From Candidatus Dormiibacterota bacterium (GTDB taxonomy: Bacteria; Chloroflexota; Dormibacteria; Aeolococcales; Aeolococcaceae), in contig DATBEL010000002.1 of the NCBI GenBank assembly GCA_036276135.1, positions 1 through 58,702 on the forward strand: a stretch of DNA of 58,702 bases, read 5' to 3'. Under the pieces are notes generated by a model, which worked only from the letters and a program-made list of their open reading frames with translations, was not told the origin of the DNA and did no database searches. Positions 37,040-45,527 of the stretch are shown here, in pieces (positions within the stretch are counted from its first letter, which is position 1; every line of letters begins with the position of its first letter). Made by a program: the position numbers and the translations under genes.

Positions 37040-37359
37040 ATCTCGGTCACCTGCTTGCGGTAGCCGGGGCCGACCAGCTCCAGCTCCATCGCCTCGGACT
37101 GGCGGATCTGCTGCAGCTCGTCGGTATACGCCGGGCCCATCTCCTCGAGGATGCGCAGCGTTTCGTTGGCCTCAGCTTCGCTGATGGCGCTGAGGGCGAA
37201 GCCGACGTGCACGAGCACGTAGTCACCGGGCTCGGCCGCATCCTCGCCGACGAGCAGGGAGGTGTTGACCTGGCGCCGAACGCCGCCCAACTCCACCTTG
37301 CCGTAGGTGCGGTCGGCGTCGACGTATTCCACCAACTTCGCGGGAATGGCTAGGCACAT
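37036..37359 (-). CDS. hypC: Hydrogenase maturation protein HypC
   Basis: MCLAIP N-terminus; PGDYVLVHVGFA. Confidence 0.96.
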   Translation of the reverse strand: MCLAIPAKLVEYVDADRTYGKVELGGVRRQVNTSLLVGEDAAEPGDYVLVHVGFALSAISEAEANETLRILEEMGPAYTDELQQIRQSEAMELELVGPGYRKQVTEI

Positions 37360-38027
37360 GCTGCGGGGACCTCCGTGAGATGTCGCTGCACCAGCTCGAA
37401 GAGGAGGTGGTACAGCGTTGTCTGCACCTCCTGGATGCGGTGGACGCTGGTCGAGGGCACGACGAAGAGATGGTCGACGGTGGCCTCGGCGCGCATGCGG
37501 CCGCCATCGTGTCCGGCAATGCCGACCGTCAGGATGCCGAGCCGCCTCCCCTCGCGCACCGCGCGAACCAGGTTCTCCGAGTTGCCGCTGGTCGAGATGG
37601 CCAGGAGCACGTCACCGGGGCGGCCCAGGGCGAGCAGCTGCCTGACGAACACGTCATCGAAGCTGACGTCATTGCCGATGGCGGTGACCACGGCGACGTC
37701 GGCGGTGAGGCACAGAGCGGCGATCGGCGGGCGCGCGCCGGATGGATGGAGCAGCTCAGCCACCATGTCAGCGGCTGAGGTGGCGCTGCCTCCATTGCCG
37801 CATGCGAGCACGCGGCCTCCTGTCGCCACCGTGCTGGAGATGGCTCGCGCGCACGTGGCGATCTCCTCGGCGGACGCCTCGAAGAGCCGGCGGCGCAGGC
37901 TGTTGCTCTCCGCTGACTTCTGCAGCGGCGCGCGAGCGAGCTCGGCAACCACGGACGCGTCGACCGACGGTTGCTCGGTCAGCATCGGGTACAGCAGCTG
38001 GGAGAACGGGTCGTTGCCCTGGGTCAT
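37350..38027 (-). CDS. GmhA-like SIS domain protein 1 (hydrogenase-cluster associated)
   Basis: CGNGGS; AIGND..FD.VF.RQ; ISTSGNS; HRIQEVQ. Confidence 0.85.
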   Translation of the reverse strand: MTQGNDPFSQLLYPMLTEQPSVDASVVAELARAPLQKSAESNSLRRRLFEASAEEIATCARAISSTVATGGRVLACGNGGSATSAADMVAELLHPSGARPPIAALCLTADVAVVTAIGNDVSFDDVFVRQLLALGRPGDVLLAISTSGNSENLVRAVREGRRLGILTVGIAGHDGGRMRAEATVDHLFVVPSTSVHRIQEVQTTLYHLLFELVQRHLTEVPAACA

Positions 38028-38251
38028 GGCGCCACCCGCAGGGTGCCATGCTGCAGGGCCACGCCGCCATGCACGAGCAGGTGATCTCCGGCGCCAACAC
38101 CGTCGAGCAGGTCGATGGACACCTCACAGGCAACGCCGTCGCAGGCAGCCTGCGCGGTGCCGCCGTCAGCGCTGACGGCGGTGACGACGACCTCGAGCAG
38201 TTGGTCGGAGCAGGTGATGCAGACCTCGTCCTGGCAAACGTTGTCGCTCAT
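38024..38251 (-). CDS. Second, non-canonical HypC/HupF-family protein
   Basis: N-terminal CQDEVCITCSD; GDHLLVHGGVAL; ATGA coupling with both neighbours. Confidence 0.8.
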   Translation of the reverse strand: MSDNVCQDEVCITCSDQLLEVVVTAVSADGGTAQAACDGVACEVSIDLLDGVGAGDHLLVHGGVALQHGTLRVAP

Positions 38252-38877
38252 CGGCGCGCCGCAATGCCGCGGTGGTTGAGGACGATATGGGTCAGCTCCC
38301 AGAGCATGTGGTAGGTGGCGAGGTGCAGCTCCTGCGCGACCAGGGGATCGTCGCCGTCGACGTGGAACGTGTGGGCGGCGGGTGAGCCAGTCGCCGCCTC
38401 GCCGGTGCTGAGCGCGATCGTCAGCATCCCGGCCTCTCGCGCCGTCCGCAGGCCCCGCAGACACGCTCCGTCATGTGGCGAGCTGAGGAATGCCAGGGCG
38501 ATGTCGATCGGCCGGCCCAGGATGGTCAATTGGTGGGCGTAGACGCCGAGCGGGTCCACGCCGCCGAGGATGCCCGTCACGGTGCTGATGTCGTTGGTCA
38601 GCGACAGGGCGGGCAGCGCCCGGCAACCGGGCAACACCGGGTGGACGTACTCAACTGAGTTGTGCTGCGCGTCTGTGGCGCCAGGCCCCGAGCCGAACAC
38701 CATCAGGGTGGCTCCGGCGAAGAAGCGGTCAGCCATCGATGCAGCGCATTCGGCGAGGTCACGGGCCACGGCGGCGAAATAGTCGTCCCCAGCCGCACAC
38801 CGCGTGGCAACGCCGTCGCGCAGGTGGGCGAGGTCGACATCAGTCGCCGGGCCGGCGCTCTTCATCACTGCCATCAT
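38248..38877 (-). CDS. GmhA-like SIS domain protein 2
   Basis: TDAQHNSVEYVHP; RALPALSLTND; VAQELHLATYHMLWEL; ATG 38877 overlaps hypF stop. Confidence 0.82.
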   Translation of the reverse strand: MMAVMKSAGPATDVDLAHLRDGVATRCAAGDDYFAAVARDLAECAASMADRFFAGATLMVFGSGPGATDAQHNSVEYVHPVLPGCRALPALSLTNDISTVTGILGGVDPLGVYAHQLTILGRPIDIALAFLSSPHDGACLRGLRTAREAGMLTIALSTGEAATGSPAAHTFHVDGDDPLVAQELHLATYHMLWELTHIVLNHRGIAARR

Positions 38878-41201
38878 GACCACCTGTCCGAGTCGGTGGC
38901 GGCGCGGCAGACGGCGACGAATGCCTGACCAAGGCTGACTCCTCCGTCGTTGGCGGGCACGGCACGGTTGGCGTACACGGACAGTGACCGCTCGCGCAGC
39001 AGCGCTGAGGTGCGCGCCAACAGCAGGGCATTCTGGAAGACGCCTCCGCTGAGCGCGACCCGCGTGAGGCCGGTGGTGTCCGCCAGGTCTGCGCACGCCG
39101 CCGCCACTGCCGCCGCCAGGCTCTCGTGGAACACGGCGGCCAGCTCGGCTGCGCCCCTGCCGCATCGGCGCTGCTCGACAATCGCCGCGACCAGTGAGGG
39201 CGTGTCCAGCATCAACGGGGTTCCGCCACGGCCCACGGGGATGGCCGCCACGGAGCCGGCGGCCACGGTTCGCGCCAGCGTCTCGAGTCGCATCGCGGCC
39301 GCCGCTTCGAAGCTGGAGGTGTGAGCCACTCCCAGCAAGCTGGCGACGGCGTCGAAGAGGCGCCCCGCGCTGGTGCTGATGGGCGCTGCCGGTGTGCCCC
39401 CCGTGCCGGCCAGGCGGCCGACGAGGCGCCAGCGACGCTCGTCGGGAGCGTCTTCCCCGCCGGGGAACCACGCCGGCACCTCGTCGCCGTCAAGCCCGGC
39501 GGCGCGCAGGTACGCGATTGCCATGCGCCAGCCCTGGCGCGCACAGCGATCGCCGCCGGGCTGCACCACCGGCGCGAGGTGGCCGGCCCGGTGGAAGCCG
39601 ATCTCGTCGCAGAGCAGGAACTCGCCGCCCCAGACGGTCCCGTCCTCGCCGAAGCCGGTGCCGTCGAACGCCACACCGATGACCCGGCCGCGCAGGCCGT
39701 GCTCCGCCATGACGCTGGCGATGTGGGCGTGGTGGTGCTGGACGCGCGCCGGATTGGCTCCGCCCTCCCACCAGCGCTCGGCAATGCGGGTCGAGGCGTA
39801 ATCGGGGTGCAGATCGGCGGCCACCACCTCCGGGGAGGCGCGGAAGAGGCGCAGGTAGGTGGCCAGCGCCTCGTCCTGGTGGCGCAGGCTCTGCGGGTCG
39901 TCGAGGTCGCCGATGTGCGGGCCGATGAACGCACGTCCGTCGCGGACGATGCAGAACGTGTTCTTCAGGTGCGCGCCCAGCGCCAGCACCGGCGGGAGCG
40001 CGCGCTCCGTCCCCACCTCGAGCGGCAGCGGGCAGTACCCGCGTGCCCTCCGCACCATGTGCTCCTCACCGTCGATGACCCGCACCACGGAGTCGTCGTA
40101 GCGCGCGTAGATGTCGCGGTCGTGGAGCAGGAAGGCGTCGGCGATGCCGCCCAGCCTGCCCAGCGCCTCGTGGTTGTCCTTGGCGATCGGCTCGTCGCTG
40201 ACGTTGCCGCTGGTCATCACCAGCGGCGCGCCCACCAGGTCGAGGAGCAGGTGGTGCAGCGGAGTGCTCGGCAGCATCACGCCGATCTCGTCGAGTCCGG
40301 GTGCCACGGCGTCGGCGATGTCGTCTGACACCGAGCAGCGGCGCAGCAGCACGATCGGTCGCGCGCTGCTCGACAGTGCCGCCGCCTCGGCGTCGTCGAC
40401 GACGGCGATCCGCCGCACCGCGTCGATGTCGGCGGCCATCACGGCGAACGGCTTGTCCGGGCGGTGCTTGCGACGACGCAAGCGGCGCACGGCGGCGTCA
40501 TCACCGGCGCGCACCGCCAGCTGGAAGCCGCCCAGGCCCTTGACCGCGACGATGGACCCGCGCCGGAGCGCGGCGGCGGCGGCGATGATGCCGTCTCCGT
40601 CGTGCTCAACACCGGCCGCGTCGGTCAGCCAGGCGCGCGGCCCGCAGTCCGAACAGGCGTTGGGTTGGGCGTGGAAGCGGCGGTTGGCGGGATCGGCGTA
40701 CTCGCGGGCGCACGCCGCACACATCTCGAAGTGGCGCATCGTGGTGAGGGCGCGGTCGTACGGGACGTCCTCGATGATGGTGAAGCGCGGCCCGCAGTTC
40801 GTGCAGTTGATGAACGCGTAGCGGTGGCGCCGGTCGGACCCATCGAACAGCTCGTGGACGCAGTCCGAGCAGGTGGCGGCGTCGGCCGCGATCGGCTGGT
40901 ACACGCCGTCGATCGCGTGGCTCGCAGCGATGACGAACCCGCGCTCGTCATGCGGGGCAAGCGCGGCCACGCTGACCCGCTCGATGTGGGCGAGCGGTGG
41001 AGCGAGGGCAACAAGGTCGGCGGCGAACTTGTCGAGCCGCGCGCTCGCCCCCTCCACCTCGATGATCACGGCCCCGGAGGTGTTGCGCACCGAGCCGGCG
41101 AGCTCGTGTCTGTGCGCCAGCGACCATACGAACGGGCGAAAGCCAACGCCCTGCACGACGCCGCGCACGGTGTACTCGCGCCGCTCACCCGTTGCAATCA
41201 C
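38874..41201 (-). CDS. hypF: Carbamoyltransferase HypF
   Basis: Acylphosphatase VRGVVQGVGFRP; CxxC fingers; KGLGGF; HHHAH; ANDGGVSLGQ. Confidence 0.98.
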   Translation of the reverse strand: MIATGERREYTVRGVVQGVGFRPFVWSLAHRHELAGSVRNTSGAVIIEVEGASARLDKFAADLVALAPPLAHIERVSVAALAPHDERGFVIAASHAIDGVYQPIAADAATCSDCVHELFDGSDRRHRYAFINCTNCGPRFTIIEDVPYDRALTTMRHFEMCAACAREYADPANRRFHAQPNACSDCGPRAWLTDAAGVEHDGDGIIAAAAALRRGSIVAVKGLGGFQLAVRAGDDAAVRRLRRRKHRPDKPFAVMAADIDAVRRIAVVDDAEAAALSSSARPIVLLRRCSVSDDIADAVAPGLDEIGVMLPSTPLHHLLLDLVGAPLVMTSGNVSDEPIAKDNHEALGRLGGIADAFLLHDRDIYARYDDSVVRVIDGEEHMVRRARGYCPLPLEVGTERALPPVLALGAHLKNTFCIVRDGRAFIGPHIGDLDDPQSLRHQDEALATYLRLFRASPEVVAADLHPDYASTRIAERWWEGGANPARVQHHHAHIASVMAEHGLRGRVIGVAFDGTGFGEDGTVWGGEFLLCDEIGFHRAGHLAPVVQPGGDRCARQGWRMAIAYLRAAGLDGDEVPAWFPGGEDAPDERRWRLVGRLAGTGGTPAAPISTSAGRLFDAVASLLGVAHTSSFEAAAAMRLETLARTVAAGSVAAIPVGRGGTPLMLDTPSLVAAIVEQRRCGRGAAELAAVFHESLAAAVAAACADLADTTGLTRVALSGGVFQNALLLARTSALLRERSLSVYANRAVPANDGGVSLGQAFVAVCRAATDSDRWS

Positions 41202-41233
41202 GCTCGCCAGTTCCTGCCCTCCAGCCGCGCCGG

Positions 41234-41332
41234 CTACATGGATCGGATGCGCATGTACCGCTTCAGGTCCTTGCCGCTGAGCGCCGCTGCCCCCACCACG
41301 GCCAATGCCACCACCACGAGAACCTTCTTCAT
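41234..41332 (-). CDS. 32-aa small membrane-anchored protein MKKVLVVVALAVVGAAALSGKDLKRYMRIRSM
   Basis: Not in ORF track (below length cutoff); AGGAGGTGA SD; hydrophobic helix plus D..RY.RIR.M tail recalled from group 1h clusters. Confidence 0.8.
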   Translation of the reverse strand: MKKVLVVVALAVVGAAALSGKDLKRYMRIRSM

Positions 41333-41359
41333 GCCGTCACCTCCTGACTGCCGTCTGTT

Positions 41360-41698
41360 TCACAACCATGCCGGGTGCACCGGCTGATCGCCTGTTGGGT
41401 GGGAATGCTCATGTGCCGCTTCGACAATCTCGATATCGCCGCGCCGCAGCACCTCCAAGGTGTCGCCGCCGATCTCCACCTCGTCGACGAGAAGCTGAGA
41501 GCCGCCAACTTTGCGGACGTCGAGCGTCGCGCCCGCTGCGAGGGTGCCGTCGGCCACCAGCTCGAAGCTGAACGCCAGCGACTCCGCGCTCACCGCCTGC
41601 TGCTCACCGGCGGAGACGGCGACGCGCCGAATGGGCCGGTCGGCGGCGATCTGCAGCGCCGTATCGAGGATGGCCTGGGCGAGACCCATCTCATGCAT
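41360..41698 (-). CDS. hypA: HypA-like nickel chaperone lacking the Zn-finger cysteines
   Basis: MHEMGLA N-terminus; ESLAFSFELV..GT...GA.L; no Cys in protein; His-rich tail. Confidence 0.8.
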   Translation of the reverse strand: MHEMGLAQAILDTALQIAADRPIRRVAVSAGEQQAVSAESLAFSFELVADGTLAAGATLDVRKVGGSQLLVDEVEIGGDTLEVLRRGDIEIVEAAHEHSHPTGDQPVHPAWL

Positions 41699-42245
41699 GG
41701 CGGTTCACATCGAGCGTGGCCGCATGTAGCGGCGCATGGAGCGACTCGCGCACGACTCGCTCGACAGATGCCACCGCCTCCGGCACGGCGGCGGCGACCG
41801 CGGGGCTCAGCTCCATCTGGCCGATGTTCTCCGGGCCGAAGGTCTCCGGCTCGCAGCCGACCACGAGGACGCGGCCCATGGTCCCACCCATGGTCCGAAC
41901 CAGGTGGAACACCGCGGCCGGCGTCATCAGGTGGCCCTGGAAAGCCCCCTGGCCGTGGTCGGCGTCGGCACCGACATCGGGAAGGTTGGCGTCGGGATCA
42001 GCCTCGATGACATAGACGGTGCCGGGCACGTCGCCGCGCCGGGTGGCGTCGATGAGCACCACCGTCGGATAGCCCTCGAGGATCTCGTAGGCGAGGTCGT
42101 AGCCGCGGATGCCGTAGTCGCCGACCTTGACGTCCTCGCCGGCCGGCGAGCCGCGGCGGAGCAGCTCCTGCGCGACCGCGACGCCGAAACCGTCGTCGCC
42201 GAGGAAGATGTTGCCGATGCCGGCGACCAGCACGCGTGCCGTCAT
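41691..42245 (-). CDS. Hydrogenase maturation endopeptidase (HupD/HyaD family)
   Basis: LVAGIGNIFLGDDGFG; DYGIRGYDL; VVLIDA; GH; VVGCEP. Confidence 0.93.
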   Translation of the reverse strand: MTARVLVAGIGNIFLGDDGFGVAVAQELLRRGSPAGEDVKVGDYGIRGYDLAYEILEGYPTVVLIDATRRGDVPGTVYVIEADPDANLPDVGADADHGQGAFQGHLMTPAAVFHLVRTMGGTMGRVLVVGCEPETFGPENIGQMELSPAVAAAVPEAVASVERVVRESLHAPLHAATLDVNRHA

Positions 42246-42574
42246 GTCTCCTCTCCCGCGGCGATCGGCTCGGCATCGTTCAGGGTGAAGAAGAAGCGAT
42301 GACCGGGCTGGCGGAGCAGGCCGAGGTCCGCGCCGGGGTCATCGTCGATGGTCACCGCCAGGTAGACGACGTCCTCGTAGTCCTGCTCGATGGACTCGAT
42401 GGTGGCGATGCGACCGCGCAGCACGATGTCGAGTGCGTCGGCGTTGCCCTTCGGCGCCAGGCGCACCTGGTCGCCGATGCGGAGCACCCCGCTGTGCCAT
42501 CGCACCGACTCGCGAGCCGGCCGGGCGGCGAATGGGTCATCGCCGAGAACGGCCCAGGTGTTGTGTTCGGTCAT
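42242..42574 (-). CDS. Conserved hypothetical protein of group 1h clusters
   Basis: GD.VRL.P...ADALD..L.GR.ATIE.IEQDYED..YLAVT.DDDPG.D...GHRFFF. Confidence 0.8.
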   Translation of the reverse strand: MTEHNTWAVLGDDPFAARPARESVRWHSGVLRIGDQVRLAPKGNADALDIVLRGRIATIESIEQDYEDVVYLAVTIDDDPGADLGLLRQPGHRFFFTLNDAEPIAAGEET

Positions 42575-43635
42575 CGCTGTCCCCCGATCCGCGGTGCCGG
42601 GGACCGCAACGTGCCGTGCATGCGCATGAAGTCGTCCTGGGTGAGCGACTCGGTACGGTCGAGGACGGCGCGCGCCCTCTCGTCGGCGCCCCGCATCTCA
42701 GCCTTCTCGTCATCGGTGAGGGTGAGGATGCGCAACGAGAGAATCTCGTCGATCTCGGTCGAGTCGAACAGCTCGCCCGCGGACTCCGGTGCCACCTGGG
42801 GGTGATCCTCCAGGATGATCGGCGAGGCCAGCACGGTGTCGTCGGAGCCGGGCGCGCCCACCAGGATCGGCCACAGGCCGGTGTTGACGCACGCCTCCGC
42901 GAGGTTGACAGCGTCCGCCGGCGGGTCGGCGAGCGACAGCCAGCCGCCGTTGGTGGCGCCGAGAACGACATGAGTCGACAGCAGCGCGTGGCGCAGCGCC
43001 GAGTCGCGGCTGGCCACGTCTGCCGCACTGACCGGGGTCACGTTGGTGACCGACACGCGGACGCGGGCGATATCGGGGCTGACACGCTGAGCGGAGACCT
43101 CCACCGTCACCAGCAGCCGCTTGTGCGAGCGCAGCAGCGCGCCGGCGACGGGCCCATCGTTGCCACGCAGCCACTCCACCTCCTCGCCCGCGGCGACGCT
43201 GAGCGTCAGCCGCCGGGTTTCCTGGAGCAGCGCCGCGAGCGTGCACACGCCTGCCTCCAGGGTGCGCTCCGCCGCCTCCTCCCAGGTGCGATGGACGCGG
43301 CCGTCGATCTCGAACGCATCGACGTGATCGAGCCTGGATGTGCCGTCGGCAGGAGGCTCTGCGCAGGGAGCGTCGAGTCTTGCCGCGGTGCGCGTGACCA
43401 CGTGAAGGAAGCGCACGGTCACCTCCACGCGGGCGTCGTCGCCGCCACGCAGCAGACACTCCGTGGTGGCGACCCATGGCTCAGCGCCGCCGACGGCGTC
43501 ACTGTATTCACGCGGGTAGACGCCCCCGAACGTCCAGCGCACCTGGTTCTTCACCGAGGTGGGGCGGTACGGATAGAGGATGTAGCCCTCGTACAGGGTC
43601 GCGGCCACGATGCGGTCGACATGCTCGCGGTTCAC
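42571..43635 (-). CDS. Conserved hypothetical protein of group 1h clusters
   Basis: ATLYEGYILYPYR.TS.KNQ.RW.FG; SPIILEDHP.VAPES.G.LFD.TEIDEIL.LR; GTG 43635 overlaps DUF6084 stop. Confidence 0.82.
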   Translation of the reverse strand: MNREHVDRIVAATLYEGYILYPYRPTSVKNQVRWTFGGVYPREYSDAVGGAEPWVATTECLLRGGDDARVEVTVRFLHVVTRTAARLDAPCAEPPADGTSRLDHVDAFEIDGRVHRTWEEAAERTLEAGVCTLAALLQETRRLTLSVAAGEEVEWLRGNDGPVAGALLRSHKRLLVTVEVSAQRVSPDIARVRVSVTNVTPVSAADVASRDSALRHALLSTHVVLGATNGGWLSLADPPADAVNLAEACVNTGLWPILVGAPGSDDTVLASPIILEDHPQVAPESAGELFDSTEIDEILSLRILTLTDDEKAEMRGADERARAVLDRTESLTQDDFMRMHGTLRSPAPRIGGQR

Positions 43636-44279
43636 GACACCGCCTCGGTGCCGGCGTTCTCGAGGAGCTCGTCCACGATGGTCTCCCACGTTGGCACGGC
43701 TCGGCGTGCCTTGTACCGGTAGAGCCGCTCGAAGACGTCGCGGCGCAGGCACAACCAGGCGCCGTCGGGGTAGTGGCGATCGATGAGGTCGCGCCACACC
43801 GCAACCGGCAGGCGGAAGCGTGCCTCCTTGGTCCAGGCGATGCGTTCGGTCATCAGCGCCTCCTGTGCGTCGCGGTAGAACACGGTGCCGCTGAACTGGA
43901 AGGTGAGCGGCACCTCGCCGTCCTCGAGCGCAAAGAAGTACTTGGTTGGTGCAAGGCTGAGGTCGAAGGTGGCGGGCACGGCGAGCTTTGCCGCCGTCCG
44001 TCCCTCGAAGCCGGGGACCACCGTGGCGGCGTGCGTCCAGAGCATCGTCTTCAGCGAGGTGCCCCATCGTTGCGGCGTGCCGAACAGGTCGAGGAGCGCC
44101 TCCTGCTCGCTCGCCACGTAGGGGCGGCGCACCGCCTCGATCATGATCTGGCAGGCGAGCGCGACGGTGTCGATCTCGCGGCCATCCGCCTCTTCGATGC
44201 GCAGCCCGAACTCGAGAAGCGGGGTCAGGGAGGCGTCGACCGCGGCGACGGACTCGACGGCGAAGTTCAGGTCAGGCAC
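43632..44279 (-). CDS. DUF6084-like hydrogenase-cluster protein
   Basis: L.CQIMIE..RR.Y...EQ..L.DLFG...RW..SL....W; KYF.AL.DGEVPL.F.FSGTVFY. Confidence 0.8.
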   Translation of the reverse strand: MPDLNFAVESVAAVDASLTPLLEFGLRIEEADGREIDTVALACQIMIEAVRRPYVASEQEALLDLFGTPQRWGTSLKTMLWTHAATVVPGFEGRTAAKLAVPATFDLSLAPTKYFFALEDGEVPLTFQFSGTVFYRDAQEALMTERIAWTKEARFRLPVAVWRDLIDRHYPDGAWLCLRRDVFERLYRYKARRAVPTWETIVDELLENAGTEAVS

Positions 44280-44916
44280 GGACCAGCCCACTTGCCGGCT
44301 TGGCACGCGCGGAGGTGCGCAGCTCGGTGAAGAATTCGCCGACGCGCTCCCACACCTCGGTGCCTCCCGACAACCCTCGCCAGTACACGCGCAGCAGGCC
44401 CACGAGCTCGTAGCAGCGATCGATGGGTGCGATGAAGTAATCGCGCCGCTCGCCGACGCGGTTGACGAGCAGGGCTTCCACCTCGGGCACCAACGTCGAC
44501 AGTGTCGCGTTGGCGTCGAGCAGCTCGGCCCAGCCCTCCAGGGTCAACAGCGATTCGGTGGCTCCCGCCGGGCTCGGGTAGTACGCGTGCAGCTCTGCTG
44601 CCGGCGCGCTGGTGAGCAGGAAGGCCATGTTGACGGGGATCGCCAGGGAATCCCACATCGAATCGGTCATGGTGAAGTCGGTGAGGTACCAGAGGCGGCG
44701 CGGCACCCTGCGGAACCGCTTCTGTGCCTCAACGGGGAAGAGCAGAGCGCATGGCGTGCAGCTGCAGAGCAGCTGACGGTCGATGGGCTCGAGCAGGTGC
44801 TCGTGGTGCGGGTGCGGCGCGATGCCCTCGGCGCAGAGCTCGCAGCGTTCGGCCGGCTCACGCTCCTTCACGAACCGCCGCAGAATCTCCAGCGACGGCT
44901 CAGCCTCGAGGCCCAT
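44272..44916 (-). CDS. DUF5947-like hydrogenase-cluster protein
   Basis: ERCELC...H.HL....RQL.C.C.PCALLF; IPVNMAF; YPSPAGATES; PIDRCYELVG. Confidence 0.85.
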   Translation of the reverse strand: MGLEAEPSLEILRRFVKEREPAERCELCAEGIAPHPHHEHLLEPIDRQLLCSCTPCALLFPVEAQKRFRRVPRRLWYLTDFTMTDSMWDSLAIPVNMAFLLTSAPAAELHAYYPSPAGATESLLTLEGWAELLDANATLSTLVPEVEALLVNRVGERRDYFIAPIDRCYELVGLLRVYWRGLSGGTEVWERVGEFFTELRTSARAKPASGLVRA

Positions 44917-44922
44917 CGCCTT

Positions 44923-45516
44923 TCACCGCGACCCGGCGGCCGCGCCCGCGCGCGGAGATGCCATCTGCAGCGGAACCAGGCACTCGATGGCCGGCGGGCC
45001 CGGAGGTGGCGGGCTCATCCCTTCGACCTCGATCCCCGCGATCTCCGGCGCGGCCTCGTAGAGGGCCTTCTCCACGGCCGCCTTCATGGTCAGCTCTGAT
45101 GACGGGCACCCTTCGCAGCTGCCCGTCAGCCGCAGGCGTACCACGTCGTCCTCGATGCCGAGCAACTCGACGTCGCCCTTGTGGCCGTGCATGATCGGCC
45201 GTACGGACTCGAGAGCCTGCTCGACGCGATCGGCAAGCGAGATCGGGTGCAGGTCGTGGACGAGCAGCACGCTGCGCACCAGCTCGTCCGCGGCGTAGCC
45301 GGCGAACAGCGCGGCGCCGCCGTCCGGCTGGTCTGCGATGGCGTCGAGCATGCGACGCAGGGCGTCGCCGTGCAGCTCGAGGACCGCGCCGATCAGCTCT
45401 TCGACGCGTGACCGCGCGGCCGCATCGGGGAGCTCCCCCAGCTCCCCGACCAGCTCATCGATGCGCGCCATCAGCCCCGCGAACTCTCCATCAGAGCCGC
45501 GGGGCGGCGGGCTCAC
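44923..45516 (-). CDS. NifU/NfuA-like Fe-S carrier protein
   Basis: ALESVRP....H.GDVELLGI..VVRLRL.GSCEGCPSS..TMK.AVE. Confidence 0.9.
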   Translation of the reverse strand: MSPPPRGSDGEFAGLMARIDELVGELGELPDAAARSRVEELIGAVLELHGDALRRMLDAIADQPDGGAALFAGYAADELVRSVLLVHDLHPISLADRVEQALESVRPIMHGHKGDVELLGIEDDVVRLRLTGSCEGCPSSELTMKAAVEKALYEAAPEIAGIEVEGMSPPPPGPPAIECLVPLQMASPRAGAAAGSR

Positions 45517-45527
45517 TGCTGTGGCTG

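Noticed and set aside
37350-38877. LPS heptose (gmhA) biosynthesis
   Set aside because: Both copies have degenerate sites, sit inside the hyp operon, and no hldE/gmhB/LPS genes are present
43636-44306. Longer starts given by the ORF track (42571..44067; 43632..44306)
   Set aside because: They overlap neighbouring genes; GTG 43635 and GTG 44279 give typical 4-8 nt coupling
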